A DNA stretch of 64,000 nt from the human T2T-CHM13v2.0 reference genome, Homo sapiens. The stretch lies in assembly GCF_009914755.1 (NCBI RefSeq), contig NC_060934.1; one strand, given 5' to 3'. The stretch's first letter is position 1; the number at the start of each line of letters is the position of its first letter. The notes beneath the pieces are model-generated. The model was not told the DNA's origin. It worked only from the letters and a program-made list of their open reading frames with translations, and did no database searches. Positions 38,501 to 52,800 of this stretch are shown in pieces. A program made the translations under genes and the position numbers.

Positions 38501-40840
38501 AACTCACAGAGTTGAACCTTTCTTTAGAGGGAGCAGAGGTGAAACACTCTTTTTGTGGAATTTGCTAGTGTAGATTTCAAACGCTTCGAAGACAGTGATA
38601 GAAAAGGATATATCTTCGTATTAAAAGTAGACAAAATCATTCTCAGAAAACTCTTTGTGATGTGTGTGTTCAACTCACAGAGTTTAACCTTTCTTTAATC
38701 GAGCAGTTTGGAAATACACTCTTTGTAAGTCTGCAGGTGGATATTTGGCCCTCTTTGAGCCCTTCGTTGGAAACGGGATTTCCTCATATAATGCTAGACA
38801 GAAGAATTCTCAGTAACTTCTTTGTGTTGTTTGTATTCAACACACAGATTTGAACCTTCCTTTAGAGAGAGCAAATTTGAAACACTCTGTTTTTGGAATT
38901 TGCAAGTGCAGATTTCAAGCGCTTCTAGGCCTATGGCAGAAAAGGAAATATCTTCGTATAAAAACTACACAGAATCATTCTCAACAACTACTTTGTGATG
39001 TGTGCGTTCAACTCACAGAGGTTAACCTTTCTTTTCATAGAGCAGTTTGGAAACACTCTGTTTGTAAAGCCTGCAAGTGCTTTTTTGGACTTCATTGAGG
39101 CCTTCGTTGGAAACGGGATTTCTTCATACAACGCTAGACAGAAGAATTCTCGGTAACTTCTTTGTGTTGTGTGTATTCAACTCACAGAGTTGAACCTTTC
39201 TTTAGAGAGAACAGAGTTGAAACACTCTGTTTTTGGAATTTGCAAGTGCAGATTTCAAGCGATTCTAGGCCTATGGCAGAAAAGGAAATATCTTCGTATA
39301 AAAACTACACAGAATCATTCTCAACAACTACTTTGTGATGTGTGCGTTCAACTCACAGAGTTTAACCTTTCTTTTCATAGAGCAGTTTGGAAACACTCTG
39401 TTTGTAAAGCCTGCCAGTGCTTTATTGGACTTCATTGAGGCCTTCGTTGGAAACGGGATTTCTTCATATAATGCTAGACAGAAGAATTCTCAGTAAATCC
39501 TTTGTGTTGTGTTTATTCAACTCACAGAGTGGAACCTTCCTTTATTCAGAGCAGTTTTGAAACACTCTTTTTGTGGAATTTGCAAGTGGAGATTTCAAGC
39601 GATTTGACGCCAATCTTAGACATGGAAATATCTTCATATTAAAAGTACACAGAATCATTCGTAGAAACTAGTTTGTGATGTGTGCCTTCAACTCACAGAG
39701 TTTAACCTTTCTTTTCATAGAGCAGTTCGGAAACATTCTATTTGTAAAGTCTGCAAGTGGATATTTGGACCTCTTTGAGGCCTTCGTTGGAAACGGGATT
39801 TCTTCATATAACGCTAGACAGAAGAATTCTCAGTAACTTCTTTGTGTTGTGTGTATTCAACTCACAGAGTTGAACCTTTCTTTAGAGGGAGCAGAGGTGA
39901 AACACTCTTTTTGTGGAATTTGCTAGTGCAGATTTCAAACGCTTCGAAGGCAGTGATAGAAAAGGATATATCTTCGTATTAAAAGTAGACAAAATCATTC
40001 TCAGAAAACTCTTTGTGATGTGTGTGTTCAACTCACAGAGTTTAACCTTTCTTTAATCGAGCAGTTTGGAAATACACTCTTTGTAAGTCTGCAGGTGGAT
40101 ATTTGGCCCTCTTTGAGCCCTTCGTTGGAAACGGGATTTCCTCATATAATGCTAGACAGAAGAATTCTCAGTAACTTCTTTGTGTTGTTTGTATTCAACA
40201 CACAGATTTGAACCTTCCTTTAGAGAGAGCAGATTTGAAACACTCTGTTTTTGGAATTTGCAAGTGCAGATTTCAAGCGCTTCTAGGCCTATGGCAGAAA
40301 AGGAAATATCTTCGTATAAAAACTACACAGAATCATTCTCAACAACTACTTTGTGATGTGTGCGTTCAACTCACAGAGTTTAACCTTTCTTTTCATAGAG
40401 CAGTTTGGAAACACTCTGTTTGTAAAGCCTGCAAGTGCTTTTTTGGACTTCATTGAGGCCTTCGTTGGAAACGGGATTTCTTCATATAATGCTAGACAGA
40501 AGAATTCTCAGTCACTTCTTTGTGTTGTGTGTATTCAAGTCACAGAGTTGAACCTTCTTTTAGACAGAGCAGTTTTGAAAAATTCTTTCTGTGGAATTTG
40601 GAAGTGGAGATTTCCAGCGATTTGAGGCTAATCTTTGAAATGGAAATATCTTCGTGTAAAAACTACACAGAATCATTCTCAGAAACTGCTTTGTCATCTG
40701 TGCGTTCAGTTCACAGAGTTTCACCTTTCTCTTCATAGAGCAGTTTGGAAAGACTCTGTCTGTAAAGTCTGCAAGTGATTAGTTAGACCCCTTTGAGGCC
40801 TTCGTTGGAAGCGGGATTTCTCATTTACTGCTAGACAGAA

Positions 40841-43800
40841 GAATTCTCAGTAAATCCTTTGTGTTGTGTGTATTCAACTCACAGAGTGGAACCTTCCTTT
40901 ATTCAGAGCAGTTTTGAAAAAAACTTTTTGTGGAATTTGCAAGTGGAGATTTCAAGCGATTTGACGCCAATCTTAGACTTGGAAAAATCTTCATATTAAA
41001 AGTACAGAGAGTCATTCGTAGAAACTAGTTTGTGATGTGTGCCTTCAACTCACAGAGTTTAACCATTCTTTTCATAGAGCAGTTTGGAAACACTCTGTTT
41101 GTAAAGTCTGCAAGTGCATATTTGGACCTCTTTGAGGCCTTCGTTGGAAACGGGATTTCTTCATACAACGCTAGACAGAAGAATTCTCAGTAACTTCTTT
41201 GTGTTGTGTGTATTCAACTCACAGAGTTGAACCTTTCTTTAGAGAGAGCAGAGTTGAAACACTCTGTTTTTGGAATTTGCAAGTGCAGATTTCAAGCGAT
41301 TCTAGGCCTATGGCAGAAAAGGAAATATCTTCGTATAAAAACTACACAGAATCATTCTCAACAACTACTTTGTGATGTGTGCGTTCAACTCACAAAGTTT
41401 AACCTTTCTTTTCATAGAGAAGTTTGGAAACACTCTGTTTGTAAAGCCTGCAAGTGCTTTTTTGGACTTCATTGAGGCCTTCGTTGGAAACGGGATTTCT
41501 TCATATAATGCTAGACAGAAGAATTCTCAGTAAATCATTTGTGTTGTGTTTATTCAACTCACAGAATGGAACCTTCCTTTATTCAGAGCAGTTTTGAAAC
41601 ACTCTTTTTGTGGAATTTGCAAGTGGAGATTTCAAGCGATTTGACGCCAATCTTAGACATGGAAATATCTTCATATTAAAAGTACACAGAATCATTCGTA
41701 GAAACTGGTTTGTGATGTGTGCCTTCAACTCACATAGTTTAACCTTTCTTTTCATAGAGCAGTTCGGAAACATTCTATTTGTAAAGTCTGCAAGTGGATA
41801 TTTGGACCTCTTTGAGGCCTTCGTTGGAAAAGAGATTTCTTCATATAACGCTAGGCAGAGGAATTTTCAGTAACTTCTTTATGTTGTGTGTATTCAACTC
41901 ACAGAGTTGAACCTTTCTTTAGAGAGAGCAGAGTTGAAACACTCTTTTTGTGGAATTTGCTAGTGCAGATTTCAAACGCTTCGAAGACAGTGATAGAAAA
42001 GGATATATCTTCGTATTAAAACTAGACAAAATCATTCTCAGAAAACACTTTGTGATGTGTGTGTTCAACTCACAGAGTTTAACCTTTCTTTAATCGAGCA
42101 GTTTGGAAATACACTCTTTGTAAGTCTGCAGGTGGATAATTGGCCCTGTTTGAGCCCTTCATTGGAAACGGGATTTCCTCATATAATGCTAGACAGAAGA
42201 ATTCTCAGTAACTTCTTTGTGTTGTTTGTATTCAACTCACAGATTTGAACCTTCCTTTAGAGAGAGCAGATTTGAAACACTCTGTTTTTGGAATTTGCAA
42301 GTGCAGATTTCAAGCGCTTCTAGGCCTATGGCAGAAAAGGAAATATCTTCGTATAAAAACTACACAGAATCATTCTCAACAACTACTTTGTGATGTGTGC
42401 GTTAAACTCACAGAGTTTAACCTTTCTTTTCATAGAGCAGTTTGGAAACACTGTTTGTAAAGCCTGCAAGTGCTTTTTTGGACTTCATTGAGGCCTTCGT
42501 TGGAAACGGGATTTCTTCATATAATGCTAGACAGAAGAATTCTCAGTCACTTCTTTGTGTTGTGTGTATTCAAGTCACAGAGTTGAACCTTCTTTTAGAC
42601 AGAGCAGTTTTGAAAAATTCTTTCTGTGGAATTTGCAAGTGGAGATTTCAAGCGATTTGAGGCTAATCTTTGAAATGGAAATATCTTCGTGTAAAAACTA
42701 CACAGAATCATTCTCAGAAACTGCTTTGTTATCTGTGCGTTTAGTTCACAGAGTTTAACCTTTCTCTTCATAGAGCAGTTTGGAAAGACTCTGTCTGTAA
42801 AGTCCGCAAGTGATTAGTTAGACCCCTTTGAGGCCTTCGTTGGAAGCGGGATTTCCCATTTACTGCTAGACAGAAGAATTCTCAGTAAATCCTTTGTGTT
42901 GTGTGTATTCAACTCACAGAGTGGAACCTTCCTTTATTCAGAGCACTTTTGAAAAACACTTTTTGTGGAATTTGCAAGTGGAGATTTCAAGCGATTTGAC
43001 GCCAATCTTAGACATGGAAATATCTTCATATTAAAAGTACATAGAGTCATTCGTAAAAACTAGTTTGTGATGTGTGCCTTCAACTCACAGAGTTTAACCT
43101 TTCTTTTCATAGAGCAGTTTGGAAACACTCTATTTGTAAAGTCTGCAAGTGGATATTTGGACCTCTTTGAGGCCTTCGTTGGAAACGGGATTTCTTCATA
43201 CAACGCTAGACAGAAGAATTCTCAGTAACTTCTTTGTGTTGTGTGTATTCAACTCACAGAGTTGAACCTTTCTTTAGAGAGAGCAGAGTTGAAACACTCT
43301 GTTTTTGGAATTTGCAAGTGCAGATTTCAAGCGATTCTAGGCCTATGGCAGAAAAGGAAATATCTTCGTATAAAAACTACACAGAATCATTCTCAACAAC
43401 TACTTTGTGATGTGTGCGTTCAACTCACAGAGTTTAACCTTTCTTTTCATAGAGCAGTTTGGAAACACTCTGTTTGTAAAGCCTGCAAGTGCTTTTTTGG
43501 ACTTCATTGAGGCCTTCGTTGGAAACGGGATTTCTTCATATAATGCTAGACAGAAGAATTCTCAGTCACTTCTTTGTGTTGTGTGTATTCAAGTCACAGA
43601 GTTGAACCTTCCTTTAGACAGAGCAGTTTTGAAAAATTCTTTCTGTGGAATTTGCAAGTGGAGATTTCAAGCGATTTGAGGCTAATCTTTGAAATGGAAA
43701 TATCTTCGTGTAAAAACTACACAGAATCATTCTCAGAAACTGCTTTGTCATCTGTGCGTTCAGTTCACAGAGTTTCACCTTTCTCTTCATAGAGCAGTTT

Positions 43801-46800
43801 GGAAAGACTCTGTCTGTAAAGTCTGCAAGTGATTAGTTAGACCCCTTTGAGGCCTTCGTTGGAAGTGGGATTTCTCATTTACTGCTAGACAGAAGAATTC
43901 TCAGTAAATCCTTTGTGTTGTGTGTATTCAACTCACAGAGTGGAACCTTCCTTTATTCAGAGCAGTTTTGAAACACTCTTTTTGTGGAATTTGCAAGTGG
44001 AGATTTCAAGCGATTTGACGCCAATCTTAGACATGGAAATATCTTCATATTAAAAGTACACAGAGTCATTCGTAGAAACTAGTTTGTGATGTGTGCCTTC
44101 AACTCACAGAGTTTAACCTTTCTTTTCATAGAGCAGTTGGGAAACACTCTATTTGTAAAGTCTGCAAGTGGATATTTGGACCTCTTTGAGGCCTTCGTTG
44201 GAAACGGGATTTCTTCATATAACGCTAGACAGAAGAATTCTCAGTAACTTCTTTGTGTTGTGTGTATTCAACTCACAGAGTTGAACCTTTCTTTAGAGGG
44301 AGCAGAGGTGAAACACTCTTTTTGTGGAATTTGCTAGTGCAGATTTCAAACGCTTCGAAGACAGTGATAGAAAAGGATATATCTTCGTATTAAAAGTAGA
44401 CAAAATCATTCTCAGAAAACTCTTTGTGATGTGTGTGTTCAACTCACAGAGTTTAAGCTTTCTTTAATCGAGCAGTTTGGAAATACACTCTTTGTAAGTC
44501 TGCAGGTGGATATTTGGCCCTCTTTGAGCCCTTCGTTGGAAACGGGATTTCCTCATATAATGCTAGACAGAAGAATTCTCAGTAACTTCTTTGTGTTGTT
44601 TGTATTCAACACACAGATTTGAACCTTCCTTTAGAGAGAGCAGATTTGAAACACTCTGTTTTTGGAATTTGCAAGTGCAGATTTCAAGCGCTTCTAGGCC
44701 TATGGCAGAAAAGGAAATATCTTCGTATAAAAACTACACAGAATCATTCTCAACAACTACTTTGTGATGTGTGCGTTCAACTCACAGAGTTTAACCTTTC
44801 TTTTCATAGAGCAGCTTGGAAACACTCTGTTTGTAAAGCCTGCAAGTGCTTTTTTGGACTTCATTGAGGCCTTCGTTGGAAACGGGATTTCTTCATATAA
44901 TGCTAGACAGAAGAATTCTCAGTCACTTCTTTGTGTTGTGTGTATTCAAGTCACAGAGTTGAACATTCCTTTAGACAGAGCAGTTTTGAAAAATTCTTTC
45001 TGTGGAGTTTGCAAGTGGAGATTTCAAGCGATTTGAGGCTAATCTTTGAAATGGAAATATCTTCGTGTAAAAACTACACAGAATCATTCTCAGAAACTGC
45101 TTTGTCATCTGTGCGTTCAGTTCACAGAGTTTCACCTTTCTCTTCATAGAGCAGTTTGGAAAGACTCTGTCTGTAAAGTCTGCAAGTGATTAGTTAGACC
45201 CCTTTGAGGCCTTCGTTGGAAGCGGGATTTCTCATTTACTGCTAGACAGAAGAATTCTCAGTAAATCCTTTGTGTTGTGTGTATTCAACTCACAGAGTGG
45301 AACCTTCCTTTATTCAGAGTAGTTTTGAAAAACACTTTTTGTGGAATTTGCAAGTGGAGATTTCAAGCGATTTGACGCCAATCTTAGACATGGAAATATC
45401 TTCATATTAAAAGTACACAGAGTCATTCGCAGAAGCTAGTTTGTGATGTGTGCCTTCAACTCACAGAGTTTAACCTTTCTTTTCATAGAGCAGTTTGGAA
45501 ACACTCTATTTGTAAAGTCTGCAAGTGGATATTTGGACCTCTTTGAGGCCTTCGTTGGAAACGGGATTTCTTCATACAACGCTAGACAGAAGAATTCTCA
45601 GTAACTTCTTTGTGTTGTGTGTATTCAACTCACAGAGTTGAACCTTTCTTTAGAGAGAACAGAGTTGAAACACTCTGTTTTTGGAATTTGCAAGTGCAGA
45701 TTTCAAGCGATTCTAGGCCTATGGCAGAAAAGGAAATATCTTCGTATAAAAACTACACAGAATCATTCTCAACAACTACTTTGTGATGTGTGCGTTCAAC
45801 TCACAGAGTTTAACCTTTCTTTTCATACAGCAGTTTGGAAACACTCTGTTTGTAAAGCCTGCCAGTGCTTTATTGGACTTCATTGAGGCCTTCGTTGGAA
45901 ACGGGATTTCTTCATATAATGCTAGACAGAAGAATTCTCAGTAAATCCTTTGTGTTGTGTTTATTCAACTCACAGAGTGGAACCTTCCTTTATTCAGAGC
46001 AGTTTTGAAACACTCTTTTTGTGGAATTTGCAAGTGGAGATTTCAAGCGATTTGACGCCAATCTTAGACATGGAAATATCTTCATATTAAAAGTACACAG
46101 AATCATTCGTAGAAACTAGTTTGTGATGTGTGCCTTCAACTCACAGAGTTTAACCTTTCTTTTCATAGAGCAGTTCGGAAACATTCTATTTGTAAAGTCT
46201 GCAAGTGGATATTTGGACCTCTTTGAGGCCTTCGTTGGAAAAGGGATTTCTTCATATAACGCTAGACAGAAGAATTCTCAGTAACTTCTTTGTGTTGTGT
46301 GTATTCAACTCACAGAGTTGAACCTTTCTTGAGAGAGAGCAGAGTGGAAACACTCTTTTTGTGGAATTTGCTAGTGCAGATTTCAAACGCTTCGAAGACA
46401 GTGATAGAAAAGGATATATCTTCGTATTAAAACTAGACAAAATCATTCTCAGAAAACACTTTGTGATGTGTGTGTTCAACTCACAGAGTTTAACCTTTCT
46501 TTAATCGAGCAGTTTGGAAATACACTCTTTGTAAGTCTGCAGGTGGATAATTGGCCCTCTTTGAGCCCTTCATTGGAAACGGGATTTCCTCATATAATGC
46601 TAGACAGAAGAATTCTCAGTAACTTCTTTGTGTTGTTTGTATTCAACTCACAGATTTGAACCTTCCTTTAGAGAGAGCAGATTTGAAACACTCTGTTTTT
46701 GGAATTTGCAAGTGCAGATTTCAAGCGCTTCTAGGCCTATGGCAGAAAAGGAAATATCTTCGTATAAAAACTACACAGAATCATTCTCAACAACTACTTT

Positions 46801-49800
46801 GTGATGTGTGCGTTCAACTCACAGAGTTTAACCTTTCTTTTCATAGAGCAGTTTGGAAACACTCTGTTTGTAAAGCCTGCAAGTGCTTTTTTGGACTTCA
46901 TTGAGGCCTTCGTTGGAAACGGGATTTCTTCATATAATGCTAGACAGAAGAATTCTCAGTCACTTCTTTGTGTTGTGTGTATTCAAGTAACAGAGTTGAA
47001 CCTTCCTTTAGACAGAGCAGTTTTGAAAAATTCTTTCTGTGGAATTTGCAAGTGGAGATTTCAAGCGATTTGAGGCTAATCTTTGAAATGGAAATATCTT
47101 CGTGTAAAAACTACACAGAATCATTCTCAGAAACTGCTTTGTCATCTGTGCGTTCAGTTCACAGAGATTCACCTTTCTCTTCATAGAGCAGTTTGGAAAG
47201 ACTCTGTCTGTAAAGTCTGCAAGTGATTAGTTAGACCCCTTTGAGGCCTTCGTTGGAAGCGGGATTTCTCATTTACTGCTAGACAGAAGAATTCTCAGTA
47301 AATCCTTTGTGTTGTGTGTATTCAACTCACAGAGTGGAACCTTCCTTTTTTCAGAGCAGTTTTGAAACACTCTTTTTGTGGAATTTGCAAGTGGAGATTT
47401 CAAGCGATTTGACGCCAATCTTAGACATGGAAATATCTTCATATTAAAAGTACACAGAGTCATTCGTAGAAACTAGTTTGTGATGTGTGCCTTCAACTCA
47501 CAGAGTTTAACCTTTCTTTTCATAGAGCAGTTGGGAAACACTCTATTTGTAAAGTCTGCAAGTGGATATTTGGACCTCTTTGAGGCCTTCGTTGGAAACG
47601 GGATTTCTTCATATAACGCTAGACAGAAGAATTCTCAGTAACTTCTTTGTGTTGTGTGTATTCAACTCACAGAGTTGAACCTTTCTTTAGAGGGAGCAGA
47701 GGTGAAACACTCTTTTTGTGGAATTTGCTAGTGTAGATTTCAAACGCTTCGAAGTCAGTGATAGAAAAGGATATATCTTCGTATTAAAAGTAGACAAAAT
47801 CATTCTCAGAAAACTCTTTGTGATGTGTGTGTTCAACTCACAGAGTTTAACCTTTCTTTAATCGAGCAGTTTGGAAATACACTCTTTGTAAGTCTGCAGG
47901 TGGATATTTGGCCCTCTTTGAGCCCTTCTTTGGAAAGGGGATTTCCTCTTATAATGCTAGACAGAAGAATTCTCAGTAACTTCTCTGTGTTGTTTGTATT
48001 CAACACACAGATTTGAACCTTCCTTTAGAGAGAGCAGATTTGAAACACTCTGTTTTTGGAATTTGCAAGTGCAGATTTCAAGCGCTTCTAGGCCTATGGC
48101 AGAAAAGGAAATATCTTCGTATAAAAACTACACAGAATCATTCTCAACAACTACTTTGTGATGTGTGCGTTCAACTCACAGAGTTTAACCTTTCTTTTCA
48201 TAGAGCAGTTTGGAAACACTCTGTTTGTAAAGCCTGCAAGTGCTTTTTTGGACTTCATTGAGGCCTTCGTTGGAAACGGGATTTCTTCATACAACGCTAG
48301 ACAGAAGAATTCTCAGTGACTTCTTTGTGTTGTGTGTATTCAACTCACAGAGTTGAACCTTTCTTCAGAGAGAGCAGAGTTGATACACTCTGTTTTTGGA
48401 ATTTGCAAGTGCAGATTTCAAGCGATTCTAGGCCTATGGCAGAAAAGGAAATATCTTCGTATAAAAACTACACAGAATCATTCTCAACAACTACTTTGTG
48501 ATGTGTGCGTTCAACTCACAGAGTTTAACCTTTCTTTTCATAGAGCAGTTTGGAAACACTCTGTTTGTAAAGCCTGCAAGTGCTTTTTTGGACTTCATTG
48601 AGGCCTTCGTTGGAAACGGGATTTCTTCATATAATGCTAGACAGAAGAATTCTCAGTCACTTCTTTGTGTTGTGTGTATTCAAGTCACAGAGTTGAACCT
48701 TCCTTTAGACAGAGCAGTTTTGAAAAATTCTTTCTGTGGAGTTTGCAAGTGGAGATTTCAAGCGATTTGAGGCTAATCTTTGAAATGGAAATATCTTCGT
48801 GTAAAAACTACACAGAATCATTCTCAGAAACTGCTTTGTCATCTGTGCGTTCAGTTCACAGAGTTTCACCTTTCTCTTCATAGAGCAGTTTGGAAAGACT
48901 CTGTCTGTAAAGTCTGCAAGTGATTAGTTAGACCCCTTTGAGGCCTTCGTTGGAAGCGGGATTTCTCATTTACTGCTAGACAGAAGAATTCTCAGTAAAT
49001 CCTTTGTGTTGTGTGTATTCAACTCACAGAGTGGAACCTTCCTTTATTCAGAGCAGTTTTGAAAAAAACTTTTTGTGGAATTTGCAAGTGGAGATTTCAA
49101 GCGATTTGACGCCAATCTTAGACTTGGAAAAATCTTCATATTAAAAGTACAGAGAGTCATTCGTAGAAACTAGTTTGTGATGTGTGCCTTCAACTCACAG
49201 AGTTTAACCATTCTTTTCATAGAGCAGTTTGGAAACACTCTGTTTGTAAAGTCTGCAAGTGCATATTTGGACCTCTTTGAGGCCTTCGTTGGAAACGGGA
49301 TTTCTTCATACAACGCTAGACAGAACAATTCTCAGTAACTTCTTTGTGTTGTGTGTATTCAACTCACAGAGTTGAACCTTTCTTTAGAGAGAGCAGAGTT
49401 GAAACACTCTGTTTTTGGAATTTGCAAGTGCAGATTTCAAGCGATTCTAGGCCTATGGCAGAAAAGGAAATATCTTCGTATAAAAACTACACAGAATCAT
49501 TCTCAACAACTACTTTGTGATGTGTGCGTTCAACTCACAAAGTTTAACCTTTCTTTTCATAGAGAAGTTTGGAAACACTCTGTTTGTAAAGCCTGCAAGT
49601 GCTTTTTTGGACTTCATTGAGGCCTTCGTTGGAAACGGGATTTCTTCATATAATGCTAGACAGAAGAATTCTCAGTAAATCATTTGTGTTGTGTTTATTC
49701 AACTCACAGAATGGAACCTTCCTTTATTCAGAGCAGTTTTGAAACACTCTTTTTGTGGAATTTGCAAGTGGAGATTTCAAGCGATTTGACGCCAATCTTA

Positions 49801-52800
49801 GACATGGAAATATCTTCATATTAAAAGTACACAGAATCATTCGTAGAAACTGGTTTGTGATGTGTGCCTTCAACTCACATAGTTTAACCTTTCTTTTCAT
49901 AGAGCAGTTCGGAAACATTCTATTTGTAAAGTCTGCAAGTGGATATTTGGACCTCTTTGAGGCCTTCGTTGGAAAAGAGATTTCTTCATATAACGCTAGG
50001 CAGAGGAATTTTCAGTAACTTCTTTATGTTGTGTGTATTCAACTCACAGAGTTGAACCTTTCTTTAGAGAGAGCAGAGTTGAAACACTCTTTTTGTGGAA
50101 TTTGCTAGTGCAGATTTCAAACGCTTCGAAGACAGTGATAGAAAAGGATATATCTTCGTATTAAAACTAGACAAAATCATTCTCAGAAAACACTTTGTGA
50201 TGTGTGTGTTCAACTCACAGAGTTTAACCTTTCTTTAATCGAGCAGTTTGGAAATACACTCTTTGTAAGTCTGCAGGTGGATAATTGGCCCTGTTTGAGC
50301 CCTTCATTGGAAACGGGATTTCCTCATATAATGCTAGACAGAAGAATTCTCAGTAACTTCTTTGTGTTGTTTGTATTCAACTCACAGATTTGAACCTTCC
50401 TTTAGAGAGAGCAGATTTGAAACACTCTGTTTTTGGAATTTGCAAGTGCAGATTTCAAGCGCTTCTAGGCCTATGGCAGAAAAGGAAATATCTTCGTATA
50501 AAAACTACACAGAATCATTCTCAACAACTACTTTGTGATGTGTGCGTTCAACTCACAGAGTTTAACCTTTCTTTTCATAGAGCAGTTTGGAAACACTCTG
50601 TTTGTAAAGCCTGCAAGTGCTTTTTTGGACTTCATTGAGGCCTTCGTTGGAAACGGGATTTCTTCATATAATGCTAGACAGAAGAATTCTCAGTCACTTC
50701 TTTGTGTTGTGTGTATTCAAGTCACAGAGTTGAACCTTCTTTTAGACAGAGCAGTTTTGAAAAATTCTTTCTGTGGAATTTGCAAGTGGAGATTTCAAGC
50801 GATTTGAGGCTAATCTTTGAAATGGAAATATCTTCGTGTAAAAACTACACAGAATCATTCTCAGAAACTGCTTTGTTATCTGTGCGTTTAGTTCACAGAG
50901 TTTAACCTTTCTCTTCATAGAGCAGTTTGGAAAGACTCTGTCTGTAAAGTCCGCAAGTGATTAGTTAGACCCCTTTGAGGCCTTCGTTGGAAGCGGGATT
51001 TCCCATTTACTGCTAGACAGAAGAATTCTCAGTAAATCCTTTGTGTTGTGTGTATTCAACTCACAGAGTGGAACCTTCCTTTATTCAGAGCACTTTTGAA
51101 AAACACTTTTTGTGGAATTTGCAAGTGGAGATTTCAAGCGATTTGACGCCAATCTTAGACATGGAAATATCTTCATATTAAAAGTACATAGAGTCATTCG
51201 TAAAAACTAGTTTGTGATGTGTGCCTTCAACTCACAGAGTTTAACCTTTCTTTTCATAGAGCAGTTTGGAAACACTCTATTTGTAAAGTCTGCAAGTGGA
51301 TATTTGGACCTCTTTGAGGCCTTCGTTGGAAACGGGATTTCTTCATACAACGCTAGACAGAAGAATTCTCAGTAACTTCTTTGTGTTGTGTGTATTCAAC
51401 TCACAGAGTTGAACCTTTCTTTAGAGAGAGCAGAGTTGAAACACTCTGTTTTTGGAATTTGCAAGTGCAGATTTCAAGCGATTCTAGGCCTATGGCAGAA
51501 AAGGAAATATCTTCGTATAAAAACTACACAGAATCATTCTCAACAACTACTTTGTGATGTGTGCGTTCAACTCACAGAGTTTAACCTTTCTTTTCATAGA
51601 GCAGTTTGGAAACACTCTGTTTGTAAAGCCTGCAAGTGCTTTTTTGGACTTCATTGAGGCCTTCGTTGGAAACGGGATTTCTTCATATAATGCTAGACAG
51701 AAGAATTCTCAGTCACTTCTTTGTGTTGTGTGTATTCAAGTCACAGAGTTGAACCTTCCTTTAGACAGAGCAGTTTTGAAAAATTCTTTCTGTGGAATTT
51801 GCAAGTGGAGATTTGAAGCGATTTGAGGCTAATCTTTGAAATGGAAATATCTTCGTGTAAAAACTACACAGAATCATTCTCAGAAACTGCTTTGTCATCT
51901 GTGCGTTCAGTTCACAGAGTTTCACCTTTCTCTTCATAGAGCAGTTTGGAAAGACTCTGTCTGTAAAGTCTGCAAGTGATTAGTTAGACCCCTTTGAGGC
52001 CTTCGTTGGAAGTGGGATTTCTCATTTACTGCTAGACAGAAGAATTCTCAGTAAATCCTTTGTGTTGTGTGTATTCAACTCACAGAGTGGAACCTTCCTT
52101 TATTCAGAGCAGTTTTGAAACACTCTTTTTGTGGAATTTGCAAGTGGAGATTTCAAGCGATTTGACGCCAATCTTAGACATGGAAATATCTTCATATTAA
52201 AAGTACACAGAGTCATTCGTAGAAACTAGTTTGTGATGTGTGCCTTCAACTCACAGAGTTTAACCTTTCTTTTCATAGAGCAGTTGGGAAACACTCTATT
52301 TGTAAAGTCTGCAAGTGGATATTTGGACCTCTTTGAGGCCTTCGTTGGAAACGGGATTTCTTCATATAACGCTAGACAGAAGAATTCTCAGTAACTTCTT
52401 TGTGTTGTGTGTATTCAACTCACAGAGTTGAACCTTTCTTTAGAGGGAGCAGAGGTGAAACACTCTTTTTGTGGAATTTGCTAGTGCAGATTTCAAACGC
52501 TTCGAAGACAGTGATAGAAAAGGATATATCTTCGTATTAAAAGTAGACAAAATCATTCTCAGAAAACTCTTTGTGATGTGTGTGTTCAACTCACAGAGTT
52601 TAAGCTTTCTTTAATCGAGCAGTTTGGAAATACACTCTTTGTAAGTCTGCAGGTGGATATTTGGCCCTCTTTGAGCCCTTCGTTGGAAACGGGATTTCCT
52701 CATATAATGCTAGACAGAAGAATTCTCAGTAACTTCTTTGTGTTGTTTGTATTCAACACACAGATTTGAACCTTCCTTTAGAGAGAGCAGATTTGAAACA